Positions 38,901 to 53,819 are shown, counted from the stretch's first letter. The stretch: 64,000 nt of DNA from Lama guanicoe (GCA_013239625.1 MU053934.1:4482399-4546398), one strand, 5' to 3'. Made by a program: numbers and translations. The notes: generated by a model not told the origin, from the sequence alone.

Positions 38901-41900
38901 CCTCCTCCCACCCTCCCCTCTGCCAGTGGGATGAACCCCACTGGCAGTGGCTGAGAAGGACACCCACTGCCCAGAGAACCCACTGGCAAGACCAGAAGAA
39001 AAGAGAAAGGACCTGTGGGCAACAAGCAGAAAATAATCTGAATGATATGAAAATGGCTTCATTCAGCAAAGGTGTACTGTGCTCAGCCATGGCCAGCCTT
39101 TGTTCTGAGCCTGGGGGACAGAGTGGTGACCAAGGCAGACCAAGTAGCCACTCTGCAGAGGGGAGAATGAGACAGAAGGGAGAGGTGAAGGGGCCACAAG
39201 GGATGTTTTAACCCAAGGAAGTCCTTACAGAGCAATCAGAGACCACACAGATGGGGAAATGAGGCCTGGAGGGTGGCAAGGACTTGTCCAAGGTCACCCA
39301 GCAAGTCAGTGGAGTAGGGAAGCTCTGTGACACCCCCACCACTCTTCCAAGGCCCAGAGTTGGCTCAGCCTGGCAGGAGGCGGGGACCCAGGAGCACAGG
39401 GGCTGCCAGCGCCTCCCTTGTTCTTCTGCTCCCTTGGCCGTTCCAGACTCTGAAGCAAGTGTAGCCTGGTGAGGGGGCGGCCAGTGAGGGAGCCCACCGT
39501 GGGGGAGGGAGTCACAAGGGGAGTGACACTCGCATTCCCAGACAGGCCGGCACATTCCTGCTGGGGAGCCACCGGGCCACCCGTCCCGCCCCGCTCCCCC
39601 ACACACAGTGCCATTGTCTGCCCCAGACACTTTGAGCAGCCGCTGCCCCCGGCCTCTGACACCACCCCACACCCATCTGTTGCCAGGTGGGGCTCCACAA
39701 GCCAGAGCACCCCTGTCCCAGTCCCCAGCCTGAGGGCAGCAAGGATCCAAGCAGGAATCAGAGAGGGGAGATGACTTGCCCCACATCACACAGGCCGAAA
39801 TCCAAGTCCCTGGACCCCAGTATAATTACTCTTCCTTAAAAGTGCCTCCCGCCTCAACTCCTACACCTGCTGGGCCACTGGACACCCCAGCTCACAGCCT
39901 CTGCCGTGGGCCAGGCCTCTGCTGGCCCTCTACAACACCTGGCTCAGCTTGCCCTGCCTGAATGTGAATATCCCCATTTTACAGTCCAGGAAGCTGACTC
40001 GGAGAGGAAGGAGCTTGCCAAGGCCACCCAGTGAGGAGCAACCAAGATGAGATCCAGCCCAGGTCGGGTGTCGCAGCCCACGCCCTCCTTCTCCTGCAAA
40101 AACAGCTCCGAGCGGCGTCCAGGGCAAAAGCGTCCAAACAAATCCTCACGGCGAGGATGTGTGTCTGATACACAAAGGCAGGTTCACTCATCTGTCACAC
40201 GTGTCTGGAGCCCAGGTCCCAGGCGAGGCACACCTGGGAGCTGGGATGTGGGGTAAGGACTCAAGATGGCCCTGCCTTTGGGGAGATGTGAGCCCCTTCA
40301 AGAGAAAACAGAAGATGCAGATTGGGTTAGATAAGAGGTGCTCTATGGGCACTAAAATTGGGGCTCCCTTTTCTAAAATGACCCCTAAACATATGACTGC
40401 CAATATCAATCCCTAAAATGACGACTTCCAATCTCCTTTTTCCGGGTTTCTGTTTCTGCTCAGCACTCACTGCGATCTGTTCTAACCCCTGCAGGATAGA
40501 TCTGGATATGTGGATTTGTGGCCTTATTTCCCTCCTAAGAGCCTTTGCACTTGCGCCGTCCTCCCCGGGGTCCCTCACAAGGGCCTCCAGGCCCCTTCTC
40601 TCACTTCCCTCCGGGCTCATCTCCCTGACCCTGCGGCTGTGGCTTCCAAGCACTTCCCGCCCTGACTTCTGATTTACTTGTTTTTCTTGTTTAGTGTCTG
40701 CCCACCCCTGCTGGATTGGAAGGTGTGAGAGTGGAGATTTTCCCTCCTGCTGTCAGAAGCAGAATCAAAACTGATAGATTTTTTTAACTCAACATACCCA
40801 CAAAACCGGCTCCAACATCAAGACTCAGATCACTTCCGGGCCCCAGAAGCTCCTTGTTCTCCCTCTGGTCCTTCAGTACCCAGCCCCCATCCTAGGGGAA
40901 GGGCCTGCCTGCTCTTGACCTTCGTGTAAGTGAAGCCTTCAAGCCCTGGCTTTTTGCCTCCAGTGTGAGATTCCTTGGTTCAGCTGCGGGCGGCAGAGTC
41001 GGGGGCACCAGTGGATTTTAGTTGAAGCAACTAGATGGGCAGTGGGGCCATTTACTGAGCTGGGGGTGGCCGGGAGGAGCAGGTTTGGGGATCCAGGGCT
41101 CTGTTCCAGGCCGTGGGTGTGGAGGAGGCAGCCCGGCATGGGACTGGGTCAGACACCATCTGATCATTAATGCTGTTAAAGCCGGAGAGTAGGGAATGTT
41201 CCAACTGGTCCTCCTACCAGGGGAATCATCTCTTTCTGCCTCACATCCAGGGCCACCTGCTCCAGGTCAGGCCTCCCACCCACTCCTCCCGGGAGGCCTC
41301 TGAAGGAATGGTTTGGAAATTGACTCCTATTTCAGGAGAGGAGTTGAGGCCCAGCAAGGGGGAGTGACTTGCCCAAGATCACACATCTGGTTAGGGTTCA
41401 GCCAGAACTCCTTGCTCTGCCCTAGAGACCCCTGCCCGGCCCTCTAGATATGCCAGATCGGCTTGGAGTGCCCCAACTCAGACCCGGATGAGGGTCTAGC
41501 CCACAGTGAGGGTCTGGGTTAGCTGAGAGGTGTTCAGAGTAGCAGAGTAACCCATGAAGGCTCCTTGTAGGAAGCAGGTCTGGCGCTGGGCCAGAGGAGC
41601 CTGAAGCAGGGTAATCCCCACCTGAGGTCACCGTCTCCCCAGCAGTGACATCACTGCTCTGGGCTGCACAGCTGGAGGACCAGGCAAGCTGAGGCGGGGC
41701 CAGGTAGGCAGCTGGAAATATGTCACCAGCCCCAAGGCCAACCCCCTCAAGTAGCCAAAGCCCTGTGGAGGATGATGGGCTTCCGTGGGCCTGGGACACC
41801 AGAGTAAGAAGCCATCAGGGTGGGGAAAGTCCATCGCCTGTGGTCCAAGTGCCTCATTTTACAGATGGAGAAACTGAGGCCTAGAGAGGGCAGTGCCTCT

Positions 41901-44900
41901 CCCAAGGTTACATAGCAGGTGAGGGGCAGATGCTGGGAGGAACCCTGCCCTCCCGTCTCCCAGCACAGTGCTATGCCTCCGAGTGTTGTGCTTCCGGGGA
42001 CACCATGCCCAGCGGAGGGCCACAGTCCCCAGCACTCTGTTGGGTTAGGGTCATAGGGGTGGCAAGAGGGCTGGAAGAGGGCTGTGTCCAAGAGGGGACC
42101 CAGAGGCTGCAAGGCCAGTGTCCAAGCCCCCAGCAACTCACAGTCCAGTGGGGGGGTGAAGGAATACAACTCAGACTGTGTCCTTCTTTATCGTCTGTCC
42201 TCACACACACTGGAAGCTCCCAGGGGCAGGGATCCTCTCTGTTCCCCTCATGGCTGTACCCCAGCACCTAGTAGGTGTTCAATAAATACTTGAATCAGTG
42301 ACTGAATCCACAGAAGGGCAGAGAAGGACTCTAAAACTGTCCTGTGCACATGATGCAATTGAAGACAAGGGTTGGGGATGTGGTCAGAATCCATTCCCCA
42401 TCTTTCCCCTCCCCACCCGGAGCCTGTCCTACCTCGAGTGTCCCCAGACCACAGCTCCCTCCCAACCCCCAATCAGTCCTAACTTCCAGCCTGTTCTCTG
42501 CCCCTTCCCACAGCTCTCTCTTCCCCGGGGGCTTGTTGGGAGCAAGCGGGAGGAATTCCTGGCCCCGAGTCAGGGGAGGTGCCCCGGCAGGCGGGAGGCA
42601 GCGTGCACACGCCAGGGACCGCTCAGAATTCCAGCTCCCACGAGCCTGCTGGGAGCATGCCAAGCAGAGCCACAAAGGGGCGGGGAGGCCCTCCCCCTGG
42701 AAGCCAGAGGGCACAGGGGAGCCTGGGGAAGGGCCAGGGGGCCGAAGAAGCAGACGGTCAGAGTGGACACGGTCAGGGCACCACAGACTGACAGCTCACT
42801 GCCTCCAATGCCCAGATGGGAAGACTGAGGCCCCCTGGCGTCAAACTCTGAGCTCCTGACTGGGATGGTCCCGGGATGCCATTGGGCAGGAGGGTTGTGG
42901 GGACAGTCTGTGACCAGACACTGAACGTCCGGGGAAGAAGACTGGTGTTTGAGGGCTGGTTAACATGGGACCCTGTGGAAAGAGCCCTGGACCGGCAGCA
43001 GAGACTTGGGTGGGGTGGGTTGTCTCGGACGGCCCCTGTCCTCAGTGGGACCAGGAAAGCCCTCCCTCCCTGACTGTGCCCGGAGTCCACTCTTGTTCAA
43101 CGGCGGGGCAGGAGAGTTGCCCTTTGTGGGCCCAGCGCTCTCAGCCACTGTGAGTTCAATGGGCAACAGGAATGGATCCCAGAGAGGGAAGGAGGTGGCA
43201 GATCTTGTGGAAGGCTCTCAGCCTGGCCTCTCCTGGATCCCCCTCCCAGCCCTGGGTCAGGGCCAGGTGCCATGAACCCAGGCGGTGGCCCCTGCCCAGC
43301 TGTCAGCACTGGAGCTGCCGCCAACACCCACACCAGCGCACCTGGCCTGCCACTGCGCCACCCCTTCCCCACTTGCTCCTCCTGCCCCACCCCCAGCTCC
43401 TGTGGCACCCTCAACCCAAGGTGTGGCATCAGAACCACAGACAACCTGGATCCAGATTTCCAAGACCACAGAGCCTTTGAACTGGAAAATTCTAGAACCA
43501 TGTGTTCTTACAACCAAAAAACTCTAGGACCATCAAATATTGGAAGATTTTCCACTCTGAGCCCCCAAGACTCTTAGAATTAAATTATTTCAGAAATGCT
43601 GCATCTTGCAACCAAAGATCAGAACCAGGGAAACTTGGATTTCCATGGTTGGGAATTCTGGGAGCAAGGGCTCTTAGAAGCAGAAAATTCCCAAACAACA
43701 GTCCCATTGTCCCAGAGGACATGAGCCCTGGGTTCTTTCCACCACCGAGACTAACAGACATCCAGCAGCAGAACCAGCCAGGCCTTGGTCAAGTTGTTCC
43801 ACAGGCCCCTGCTTTGGACAGATTTTTCTGTTCCTGGAACAGCAAAGGCGGGAAGGGAGAGGGGAAGAGAGGGAGCGCTTCTGAGCAAATCCAAGTTGCT
43901 AAAGGCCTCTCCTCCAGGGCCTGGGAGACTCCCTTTGCCAAGAGAGAGACGGAGAAGAGAAAGAAAGCCCTTGATGCCACAGGTTTGGGCAGCAGGTATG
44001 TGGTCACAGGGGGTGGCAGGATCTACCCCCTCCCTGGCTGCAGGAGCTTGGAATTTTCTCCTGGCAGGAAGGGCCCACCCTCCTAGGAATGGAAAGCAAT
44101 CCTTGGCATCTGGCCCCCAAGGCATACAAGGTTTTGACAATCAAGCATTATTATCCTCTCTGCCTCACCCCAGCCCAGAGCAGAGGGGAAACCAAGGCAG
44201 GCCGGGTCTCTGTCTAAACTGCCCCTGGCAGATTCCAGGTGTCCCCTTCCCTGACCGCGGAATGTCAGAGCTGAGACAGCCATAGGGGAGGGGCACGGGT
44301 CAGGCCTGGCAGGGCAGGTGGGAGCTGAGACTGGAGAGGGCAGCCATTTACCCAGTCATTCAGCATGCTGTAGCAGAGTCTCTTATTGCTTCCACTAAGG
44401 CTCACTTCCAGGGCCTCCTCCTCCAGGAAGCCTTCCCAGATCATGTTCCCTTGGGCCTCTTTGCCCCTTGATATTTTACCACTCCACCAAACAGCATACT
44501 CTATTACTCACACCTTGTCGTCTATGTATTTTGAGCAAAAATTTCTCATTTTCTCAGATTATGCTTTGAGAGTGACTCCCCACTGGCCTGGAACCAGAGC
44601 CTTGAGCTAAGGCCTCCATGCCCGTTCAAACATCTCCAGGTCTCTCCACCTCCCCTGGGACAAAGTCTAACTCAGTTAGGACTTTGTAGCTGTACTCCAG
44701 ACATAGGTCTCACCAAGTTCCTGGCAGCCCTCCACCCCAGGCCATCTCTCTCCCTGCAGCCCCGTGCTCCCCTCTCCTTCCCTAGCCAGAGCATTCTCAT
44801 CTCTGAGGCCTCACCTGAGACCAACTACCTGAGGGCCAGTACCTCCCCGGGGCCACCTTGGGCTTCCCTCTACAGCTCCACTGTGCTCCCAGTGGTGGCT

Positions 44901-45975
44901 TCTGCCTGGACACCCACTCCCCGAGGCAGGGCTGGGTCTCACACAGGCTGGGCCTTAAACCAATACGAACTGTGAGTCTTTACTGAGGGCCCACTGCTGG
45001 TCTCAGCCCCTCCCACACCAAATCCCTGCAACAACCATAGGAATGCTTCTTTTCTGATCACACCCATTTGTCAGAGGATGAGACCAAGGCACAGTGTGGC
45101 TAAATTACTTCCTCAGAGTGACACAGTTAGACAGTGGCAGAGCTGGGATAGAGACCCTGAAAGCCTGGCCCACGTGGTCACATTGTCTGGGGCGGGGGAA
45201 GGACAGAAGCTCTGAGCCCCAGAGCGCTGGGAGGTCTCAGGGTGTCCAAGAGCCAGAGACCACCTAGCTGGACCCCTAAGGCCCTGAGAGGGCAGATCCC
45301 TTGTTTCAGGGTCCTCCCATGTACCTCTACTCAGAGAGAGACACACTCGCTCAGGCAGTCATGGACACGAGCCCCTGGGCCCTGGGACCGACTGCAGGAA
45401 GCACTCAGCTGCCCAAGCCTTTTTCACTTCAGCTTTTCCTAAATTTGCTTTGAGGAAGTTGCTGTTGCCTTGGAGCTCTCCCCTCTCTCTCACGCGCTCC
45501 AGACCACAACCCTTCCCACCCGACTTCTCTGGAAGACTACAGAACAGGGAGTGGGGAAGACAAACCATAAACATGATGAATAAGTCCATTCTACAGAGGG
45601 TAGCAAGTGACAGGCTGTGGAGAAGAGAAAGGTGAGACCCACGGGGCGTCAGGAGTGCTGGGGGAGAAGGCTGCAGCTGCAACCAGGGTGATCTCCATAC
45701 CAAGAAAGCAGCACCTCTGTGGATTTCTAGGGGAGGGGCGTTCCAGGAAGCAGGGAGAGCCAGTGCAAAGGTCCTGAAGCAGGACTGAGTCTGCCATGTT
45801 ATAGGAACAGAGAGGAGGCCAGTGTGGCCGTGGGTGAAGATGAGTGTGGGGAGACAGAGGGAGGTGAGGTCGGGGAGATGGGGGATCCTGGCCCACTGGG
45901 ATGACCTGAGCTTTAACTCTGGTGATTGGGCATCTGAGGGGAGCTATGCAGAGTCTGAAGCAGAGGAGGGATGAC

Positions 45976-45977
<2 letters not shown>

Positions 45978-46006
<29 letters not shown>
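45978..46006. repeat. (TG)n microsatellite
   Basis: ~14 consecutive TG units. Confidence 0.95.
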
Positions 46007-46019
46007 CTGTGTATCTGTA

Positions 46020-46215
46020 TTAAAGTATCTATAACATAAAACATACCATCCTACCCATTTTTTTCGTTCTTTGTTGTTGTTGTTGTTTGTTATTGTTCCT
46101 CCTACCCATTTTTAAGTGCACAGTTCAGTGGTATATTGAATACATTCACCTTGTGCAGCCATCACCACCATCCATCCCTGCCACTCTTCTCATCTTGCAA
46201 AACTGAACCTCTATA
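46020..46215 (-). mobile_element. L1MB-like 3' end fragment within an L2
   Basis: 'ccatttttaagtgcacagttcagtggtatattgaatacattcaccttgtgcagccatcaccacc'. Confidence 0.6.
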
Positions 46216-49200
46216 CAGAGGGATGCAACCTGACTTGAGTTTGAACAGGGTCACTCTGGCTGCTGGGTGGAGATCACACAAGAACCTCCAGACAGAAGCA
46301 GGGAAACAAGACAGAAGGCAAGAGACAGGACCCCTGATGCCACCAGGGCCACGCTGCCCTGACCACCTGGTGAAATCAGGCAAATCATTTCATTCATTCG
46401 GAAGTGTGTTTATTCATGCCTTTGGTCAGTAAGTCTTTCAACAAATATTCATTGACTGCCTACTATGTGCCCAGCACCACACTGGGTGCAGAGGGCACAA
46501 GAAGAAGAGGGCAGAGGCAGCCCCTGACTCAAGGAGGTTGCCATCTGGCTGGGAAGATGGACACAGAGCCAAAAGCAGCGAAAATGGTAATACAGTGATA
46601 GTCCTGGTGGCGGTGTGAGGGAGAAGCAGAGAGAGAGCGTCAGAGGATCCCAGTGCCAGTGGAGGCTGGGGAGGCTTCCAAGAGGAGGGGACATTGGAGC
46701 CAAGCCCAGAAGGGCAAGTTGGGGTTAGCCACTGCAGGAAAGAGGGAAAAGCATTCCCGGCAGGAGGAACAGCCCATGCAGAAGCTCTGAGGCTTTGGCC
46801 TCCTGCTTCTACAAGAGGCTTCCTTTCCTTTCCCTCCTCTAGATCAAAGGGGCCAGAGGAGCCTGAGGGTCAAGCCCAGATTCCTCTTCTGCGAACTGGG
46901 AGTCCTCGCAGTGCCTGCCGCCCCTACATGTGAGGAGTAAATGATCCAGTGCAGGGCAAGCTCCAGGCACACAGCACGTGGACAGGCTGTGAGGTCAGCC
47001 GCCCTACCCCCGCCCACCCCAGCCTGGCCTGGAGAAGTGGGCCCCCTGTGATGAAAAACAAAGGAAGATCTCAGGGAAGACCTCCCACGGCCCATCCCCA
47101 GATCTCTCCCCAGCTTACTTCCTGCCGTGCCTGAATGTCTCTATTACAAATTTATTCCTTTGAACTGTGCTTTCCCATTCATGCTTCCAGAACCATCCAT
47201 TCCTATTCAGGTTAGCCCTGGGCTGGGGATTGCTCAGCCCTCACAGCTCAGCTCAAGCCTCCCTCTTTCAGGAAGTCTTCCCTGGTTGCTGCTGCCCATG
47301 GAGTCTCTGTCTCTCTCTCTCCTGCCCTCTGCCCTCCCTGCATCCCTCCCTCTCTCCTCACTCTGCACTGGCCTTTGGCCCTCACAGTCCCTTGGAGCTG
47401 AAAGGGGCCTGAGAAATTGTCCAGCCCAGCCCTCCAAGTCCCCACGCTTCAGATGAGGAACACGAGGCCCAGACACTGAGTCCTCAGGGCAGCTGGTCAC
47501 TCTCCAATATGCCATGCTGACAGCGCAGGTTGGACTTACCATTTGTGTTTTTAAATTAATTATGAACTATTTCACACCTGCCAAAGGCACAGTGGAGGCC
47601 ACCCCCATGTGCAGGTTCATGTGCGGCTGGGGCTGCTTTGTCAGCATGCGCAGGGGACCTCCCCAGGCTGAGGGTCCACGTTCCTTTACCGACTCTCCGC
47701 TCATTGCTTCCAGCTTTGCGCCATCGATCAGGTCTTAGACATAAAAGCAAAGCTGTGAAGCTCTCTGGGATGGCCAAACTGATCATAGCCATGGGCTGGG
47801 CTGGCCCTTGGGCTGCCAACTGCCGCCTCTGGCTCAGTGGGCTTTTTTGCCAGACCAGGCAGAGCCACATGCCGGCTGTGTGAGCCTGGGTGAGTTGGCT
47901 GCCTTCTCTGAGCCCTGGTTTTGCCACCTGTGAAACGGAAGTGATCCTGCGTCCTCACAGGGCTGTCTATGCACTCAGTGTTCGCTGATGGAGAGTGAGA
48001 ACCAGATGTAAAGTGAGGACTCCACAGCAGGGGCACATCCTAGGCAGGATCCCACTGAATCCTCCCTACAGCCTCCGAGGGCTGTCGTGGTGCTGGGAAG
48101 AGACCGAGCCAGGATCTAGTCCTGGACAGCTCTTTCCCACTCTCCACACCATGTCACCACCGCAGCACAGCCAAGAGGCCTGGGCGGGACATCGATGGAG
48201 GTCCCACATGACTGAGGCAGGCTGGGGCTAAGTATGAGGAGTCTTGAAGGTGCCTGATGCATTGTGCTTAATAAATGTTATTGATATGTGCACAGATGCA
48301 TGTGTAGTAGGGAGCCATGGAAAGCTCTTGAGCAGGGGCAGGCCCTGCCTTGGATGGTTTTGTCTATGTGGAGTGCTGAGGATAATGGCTTTCCCCGAGG
48401 AAGCAAGGGCAGAGTTGTGCCGGATCGCCGTGCCGTTCCCTCCAGAGCCTACCTCCACCCTTTCACCCCCTGCTCGGTGCCCCAGGACACTGACATCTAG
48501 GGACCGTGTCAACCAACTCCTCTGCTGGCTTCTAGCTGGGTTCAGTCTTTAGATCTGAAGGCTGAAGCCGATGGTGTGCTGGTCAATGTTTAACAACCAA
48601 CTCTTCAAGAAAGGCCCTGATCTGTAGTGTTCACCGATTTCCCTTGTGTAAGTGCCTCCATGCAGGTGGAGATGGACCCACAGACGGATGGTGAAGTCAT
48701 GGTATCTTCAAGGGCCTTCATGTGGCCATACTAGTGTGTTCACAGGCACCAGTCATGATGGAAGTAGTGTGGCTGTGTCAGTGTGGAGGGGTGTTCGTGG
48801 TGTGTGAATGGGCTGCTGTGTTCCTGGGAGCTGATGCCCCTCTGCTAGGGCTCCCCTCTATAAAATAGGGGTGATATTAAGGCTCCTCTCTTGTCAGGGG
48901 AATTCCATGAATGGGACAAGACAAGTCCCTGCCCAGCCTGGTGCCAGGAGTGTGGGGAGTCTTCAAGATATCATGACCATTGCCTGGGGCCCTGTGTGGT
49001 GCCCCAAGCTGGGTGACCAGACTCTGAGGAGTGGCTGCTGTGGGGTGGGGGCCTGCTGGAGGAGCCCACGGGGGACGAGGTGGTGGCCAGTGAGGATGGG
49101 GAAGTCGGCCAGTTGGCTATCTTTAGCGCCTTCTCTCACAGCCCTTTTCCTCCGCCTGGCTGCGTGGGGCTGGGGCAGGCAGCTGGCGGGGAGGACCCAC

Positions 49201-52200
49201 TTCTCCATAGTCACATGAAGCCCGGTGACCTGGAGGCCAGCTGTGGGGTCAGGGCAGGAGGAGTTGGGGCCGCTTGAGGTCCCTGGCTCCCCTACCCCCA
49301 CCTGTCTGGTGGCATGCTCCCCCCACCTCTCAAGCAAGCATGGACCCCAGATGTAAGCCTACGAGGGGGGATGGTCAAAGGAACACTGGTGCTGAGGTGG
49401 GCGCTGGGGTGGTGTCCCTCCCACTCCTCTCCAGGACCGTGCAGGCCCTACTCAGTGAGGGAAGTGCGGTGCAGTGGTTGGCGCCGAGCTTCTGGCATCC
49501 GGATTTGAATCCCTGCTTCAGCACTCCTGAGAGTCTGACCTGAGTGAGGGGCCCTTGCTTCACCTCGCCATGCATCAGTGTCCTCGTTGTGACAACAGGA
49601 GTGACACCAGGAACATAGACTCATGACTCACGGGGCTGTTACAATCACTCAGTGAGACATGGCATCTAAGATGCCTGGCGGAGCAACACCTTCTAGCTCT
49701 GTGACCTGGGGGGATTCTCTGAATCTCTCTGGGCCCCACTTTCCCCATCTGAAAATTGGGAACAGTGGTTGCAAGGATTAAATGAGGTAACTTCAAAAAA
49801 GTCTAGCACAAGGCTTGGCATACAGCAGATCTTCGACAAATAGGCACCTGACTTCTCTCTTGAGCCAAAATATGTTTTCCAGGCCCCTAGTAGCATAGGG
49901 TCAGGGTGAAGAGATGCCTGGGCTCAAATCCCGGCGCTAATAGTTATGAGTGTGTGCCTTAGGGCAAGCTGCTCTTTCTGAGCCTCAGTTTCTTATCTGT
50001 GAAATGGGATAATAATAGAAGCTGCCTCAAGGTGTGACCCTGAATATTAAGTCTGTGTATCTAAAGTGCTTAGGACAGTGTTGGATACGTGTCAAGTATT
50101 CATAATTATTAGCGGCTGCCAGGCCGGGCACTGCCCTCTGGAGGCATTCAAAATCAGTGTGAATGCTGGTTATCGATGGCCAGGGGCAGTGAGGTCAGGC
50201 CCTGGGCAGCATCGTGGCTCCAGGAATTTAATAGTTCTGACGTGGTATTAGGCCCTGGAGGCCTCCTGGATGCCACCTCCCTCACTCCTGGGCACGTGGA
50301 TATTGCCTTCCTGCTTCCTATGGAGTTTGGGGCAGGCCTGTCTCCTCTCAGGGGTCCAGCCCAGGCTTCTGAGCCTGCTGCTGAAAGAACAGGGAGAGCT
50401 CTTTGGGCTCCGGGGAGCAGCCCAGGCATCTGGCCCCCGGGAGGTGCATGGTGCCAGACAGGTCAGCAGGCCTGGAATGCCAGCCTGAGCAACAGAACGT
50501 CGCCCAGAGGGCAGGCGACCCATTGAAGCTTCAGACAAGTAGCTGCATGCTGGGAGCCGATGGAAGGAGGGTGAGGCTGCTGGAAGCCAGGGCTGGGCAC
50601 CCAGGGCCCGGGGCCGGGCTGGGGGTGTCAAGGGACGAGGACAGAGGGCCGAGCAGCACAGCCCGCACTAAGGAGGCTGTCATTGAGGATCCGAGGAGAG
50701 TACCTTAGGGTAAGCCCACAAGATGGCAGCTGGCTGTCCACCCCTCCACCCTCCAAGGCCATCCCCAGGTGAGCTCAACGAAGTCACTGGCTCTGCCTTT
50801 TAAGGCAATGGTGGCTCCTGCCACCCTGTTCCCACTTGCTCAGAAATTCCCAGCAGGTATTTTCTTTTCTTTTTCCCTTTTTTTTTTTTTTTTTTTTCCG
50901 GGAGGAATGGAATGAGACTTCTTGTTCTGTCACCGCAGGATTCCAGAGAGGCCTGTCTGGGGCTTCTGGTGACAGGAAGCGCACACCGACAGGCACTCCG
51001 ACACGCACAGGCACAGACTACAGGAGGCAGTCTGCTGCCCCACCCGCTGCAGGCCTGCAGAAATGCTTGGGGTCACCCATCTGGGACACCCAGACACAAG
51101 CACTGGGGAGTCCCAGAGATTTGGGAAACATCATTTATTGAGCACCTACTATATGCCAGGCCCTGGCTATGGAGGCAGAGGGATCCGGTCCCACCTGCAT
51201 GGAGTTCATGCAGACTTTCCCCTGAAGAGCTGCCTCCCTTGGGGGTTGAGATCTGAGCCCAAAAGCCTCTTTCCTACCTCAGGGCCTTTGCACCTGCTAT
51301 TAGGGTGTTCTTCCTTCAGGTCTCAGAAAGGCCTCCCTGGCCTCACCCCACCCCTCTGTATCCCAGTGTCCTGTTTCATTTCTTCACAGCATTCATCACT
51401 TCTGAAACTCTTGTTCACCTGTGTTTCCTACCTGCCCACCCCAACTAGACTACAAGCTCATTGAGAGACGGGCCTTTTGAGTTCAGTACTGCTTCCCCAG
51501 CACCCAAAGGAGGGCTATGTCCACAGCAGGCACCCAGGACTTCTTGAGAGTGAAGGGGATCCCCCACACATGTGGGTGAGCCTTCCACTGCCCCCGGGAA
51601 GCCCTATTACTCGTCCTGCCCACAGCTTCAACCCATGTGCTGGGGCAGCCTTCTGCATTCTGTCCCACAACCAGTGCCAAGGCAGTGAGTCACTAACCAG
51701 ATGAAGTTCAGGCTCAGAACTGTTCTGGGATGTGCCAGGGTCACTCCCTGGCCAGGGGCAGGGCAGAAACGAGGATGGGGACACGAGGATGGTCAAGACA
51801 AGGACTCAGCCCTTGTCAAGCACACCTGAAAAGGCTTTCTGTGCATGTCACACGTGTGGAGACACACAAGATGTGGCTTATCTGCAGTGTTGGGTGCTCG
51901 TGTGCATGCCCTCAGCTTGTCCTTCAGACCCCACGTCCCCAGTCATCCTGACCATACCTATAACTGGGCAGTGCCCTGGAAAGGGAGTGAGGCCCAGCCA
52001 TGACAACCAGCAAAGCCTCTCCTGCCTGGGCTGAATGGGCAGCGGGGCTCCAGGTGTAAGGGTGGGGGGAAGCCCCAAGACTGAGGCCAAGGGTAACTGC
52101 CATGGGTGAGGGGACGAGGTGGGGTCGCTGCCCAGCTCATCAGCCTCCCAGGAACGACTGGAAAGAAACTCCTGCAGTGACAGAGCCCAGACTGAGGACC

Positions 52201-53780
52201 AGACGCCTCGTCATCATGCCTGGCTGTCAGGTGTCTGGTGGCCTTGGGGCAGGTCCTGACGCCCTCTGGCTGTCGACTTGATTCTGGGGCTGTTGGGGAT
52301 CTGAAGAGACCCCTCTGGTTGGGGAGGGGACTCTACCCGCTCCAAGGCCCAGAACAAGGTCCTCCCGCAAGGTTGTCCCAACAGGGTGCTGCCCACCCTC
52401 GCCCCCTGGTGGCTCCAGCCTGAAGTGCAGCTCCAGCCAGTCTGGGCCAATCCTGAGCAGACAGGTGCTGCAGGGGGGTTGCAAACCAGCCCAGAAGTTG
52501 GCTTTGAGGCCCACAGTCCCATGTTCAGAAGGGGCTCTAGAAATGCTGGGCAGACATTTGGGGGTCCCAGGCTAAGGACTCTTACTCAGCACACTCCAGC
52601 TCAGTCTGCCTCTGCCTCAGAACCCAGATTCCAGCATCCTGTGCTTGACTTTGGGTATTTCGCGTTTTGTCTATTCTAAACACTAAGGATGCCACGCTTA
52701 TTGAGAACTAGAAACACCTTAGGCCATTTCCAAGTCTTTTTGAGACAGCACCATAAACGTGAGCCCCTTCCACCCACAATCACTATGCCTTTCAAATGAG
52801 AAAACCAGGGGTCAGGAAGACACTAGAACCCAGGTGAAGAGCTGCTGCAACTAGTTCTCTGCTTAGGTGGGGCTGAGGCAACGCCTGCAGCACAGGCACA
52901 AGTTTTGGGGAGCAGCAATGGTTGGGAAGGGAGAAGTGGGGGAAACCGGCACACTTGGAACTCCAGCCAGGTGGGCTAGACTTTAGCGGAGGGGGGTCAC
53001 TCCAAAGGGTGGGCCAGACATCACAGGTCTGGGTGTTGGGCTCTAGCAGCTAAGCTGCTCCCAGCCTAATGGCAGGTGCTCAGCCGGACCAGTACAGCAC
53101 AGGGACACCTGCAGGGGGGCGGGGACTGAGTCAAGTCGCCAGGTCAGATCTAAACCAGAATGGGAATTGGGGTCGACCTCCCCAGCTGGGTGAGCCTTGG
53201 CAAAGCATGTAACACCTGCATGCCCAAGTTGTCACTTGCCTAACAAATTTAAATCAGGGCTCTCCTTGTAAACCTGAGTCCCGGGTGCTGTGCAGGGTTC
53301 CATGACACTCTCAGCTGCCCCCTCCCGGGGCCAGACCTTGGCTGCTGGCTACAAAATATCCTCAACAAGCCCTAACTGGAACCCCTCCTGCATGTTGTAT
53401 ACACTCGGCAGACGCAGGGTCTGCCCTGCCCCACCCCGCTATGAGCAACAGGAACACCAGGTCCTCACCACTCCCTCCCATCTCCCTGGCGGGGGCTGCC
53501 ACCACCCAAGCTGTGCAAACAACTTCTACAGTGGAGCCCAGCTCCCTGGCCCCAGTGAGGGAAACATTTGCACAAAGCTCACTCCCCAGGCTGGCCATAA
53601 CCCTCCAGGCTCAGCAGTCCACTTAAATCCAGTCTGCTCCAGACCCCCTTGGCAGGGAAGCGGTAGGACAAAGAGACAACCAGGTGTAGGTAAGCGGGGC
53701 AGGGGAGGGCAGCATGCCCCAGGAGCTATCAGCCCAGATGGGGAAGGTTAAATCAGAAGCAGATGTCACTGGAAAATAAC

Positions 53781-53786
53781 TTTATT
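53781..53786 (-). terminator. RPL3 polyadenylation signal
   Basis: AATAAA on the minus strand ~35 nt after the stop codon. Confidence 0.9.
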
Positions 53787-53819
53787 GAGCTTCCACCAGC
53801 TGTACAATCTGTTCTGACA

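Noticed and set aside
43440..43710. Loosely spaced ctaga/ttagaa motifs
   Set aside because: No consistent period; resembles decayed simple or MIR-tail repeat
2830..53700. Additional protein-coding gene in the intergenic region
   Set aside because: None of the many short ORFs shows a recognisable protein or a consistent exon chain; a lncRNA cannot be excluded from sequence alone
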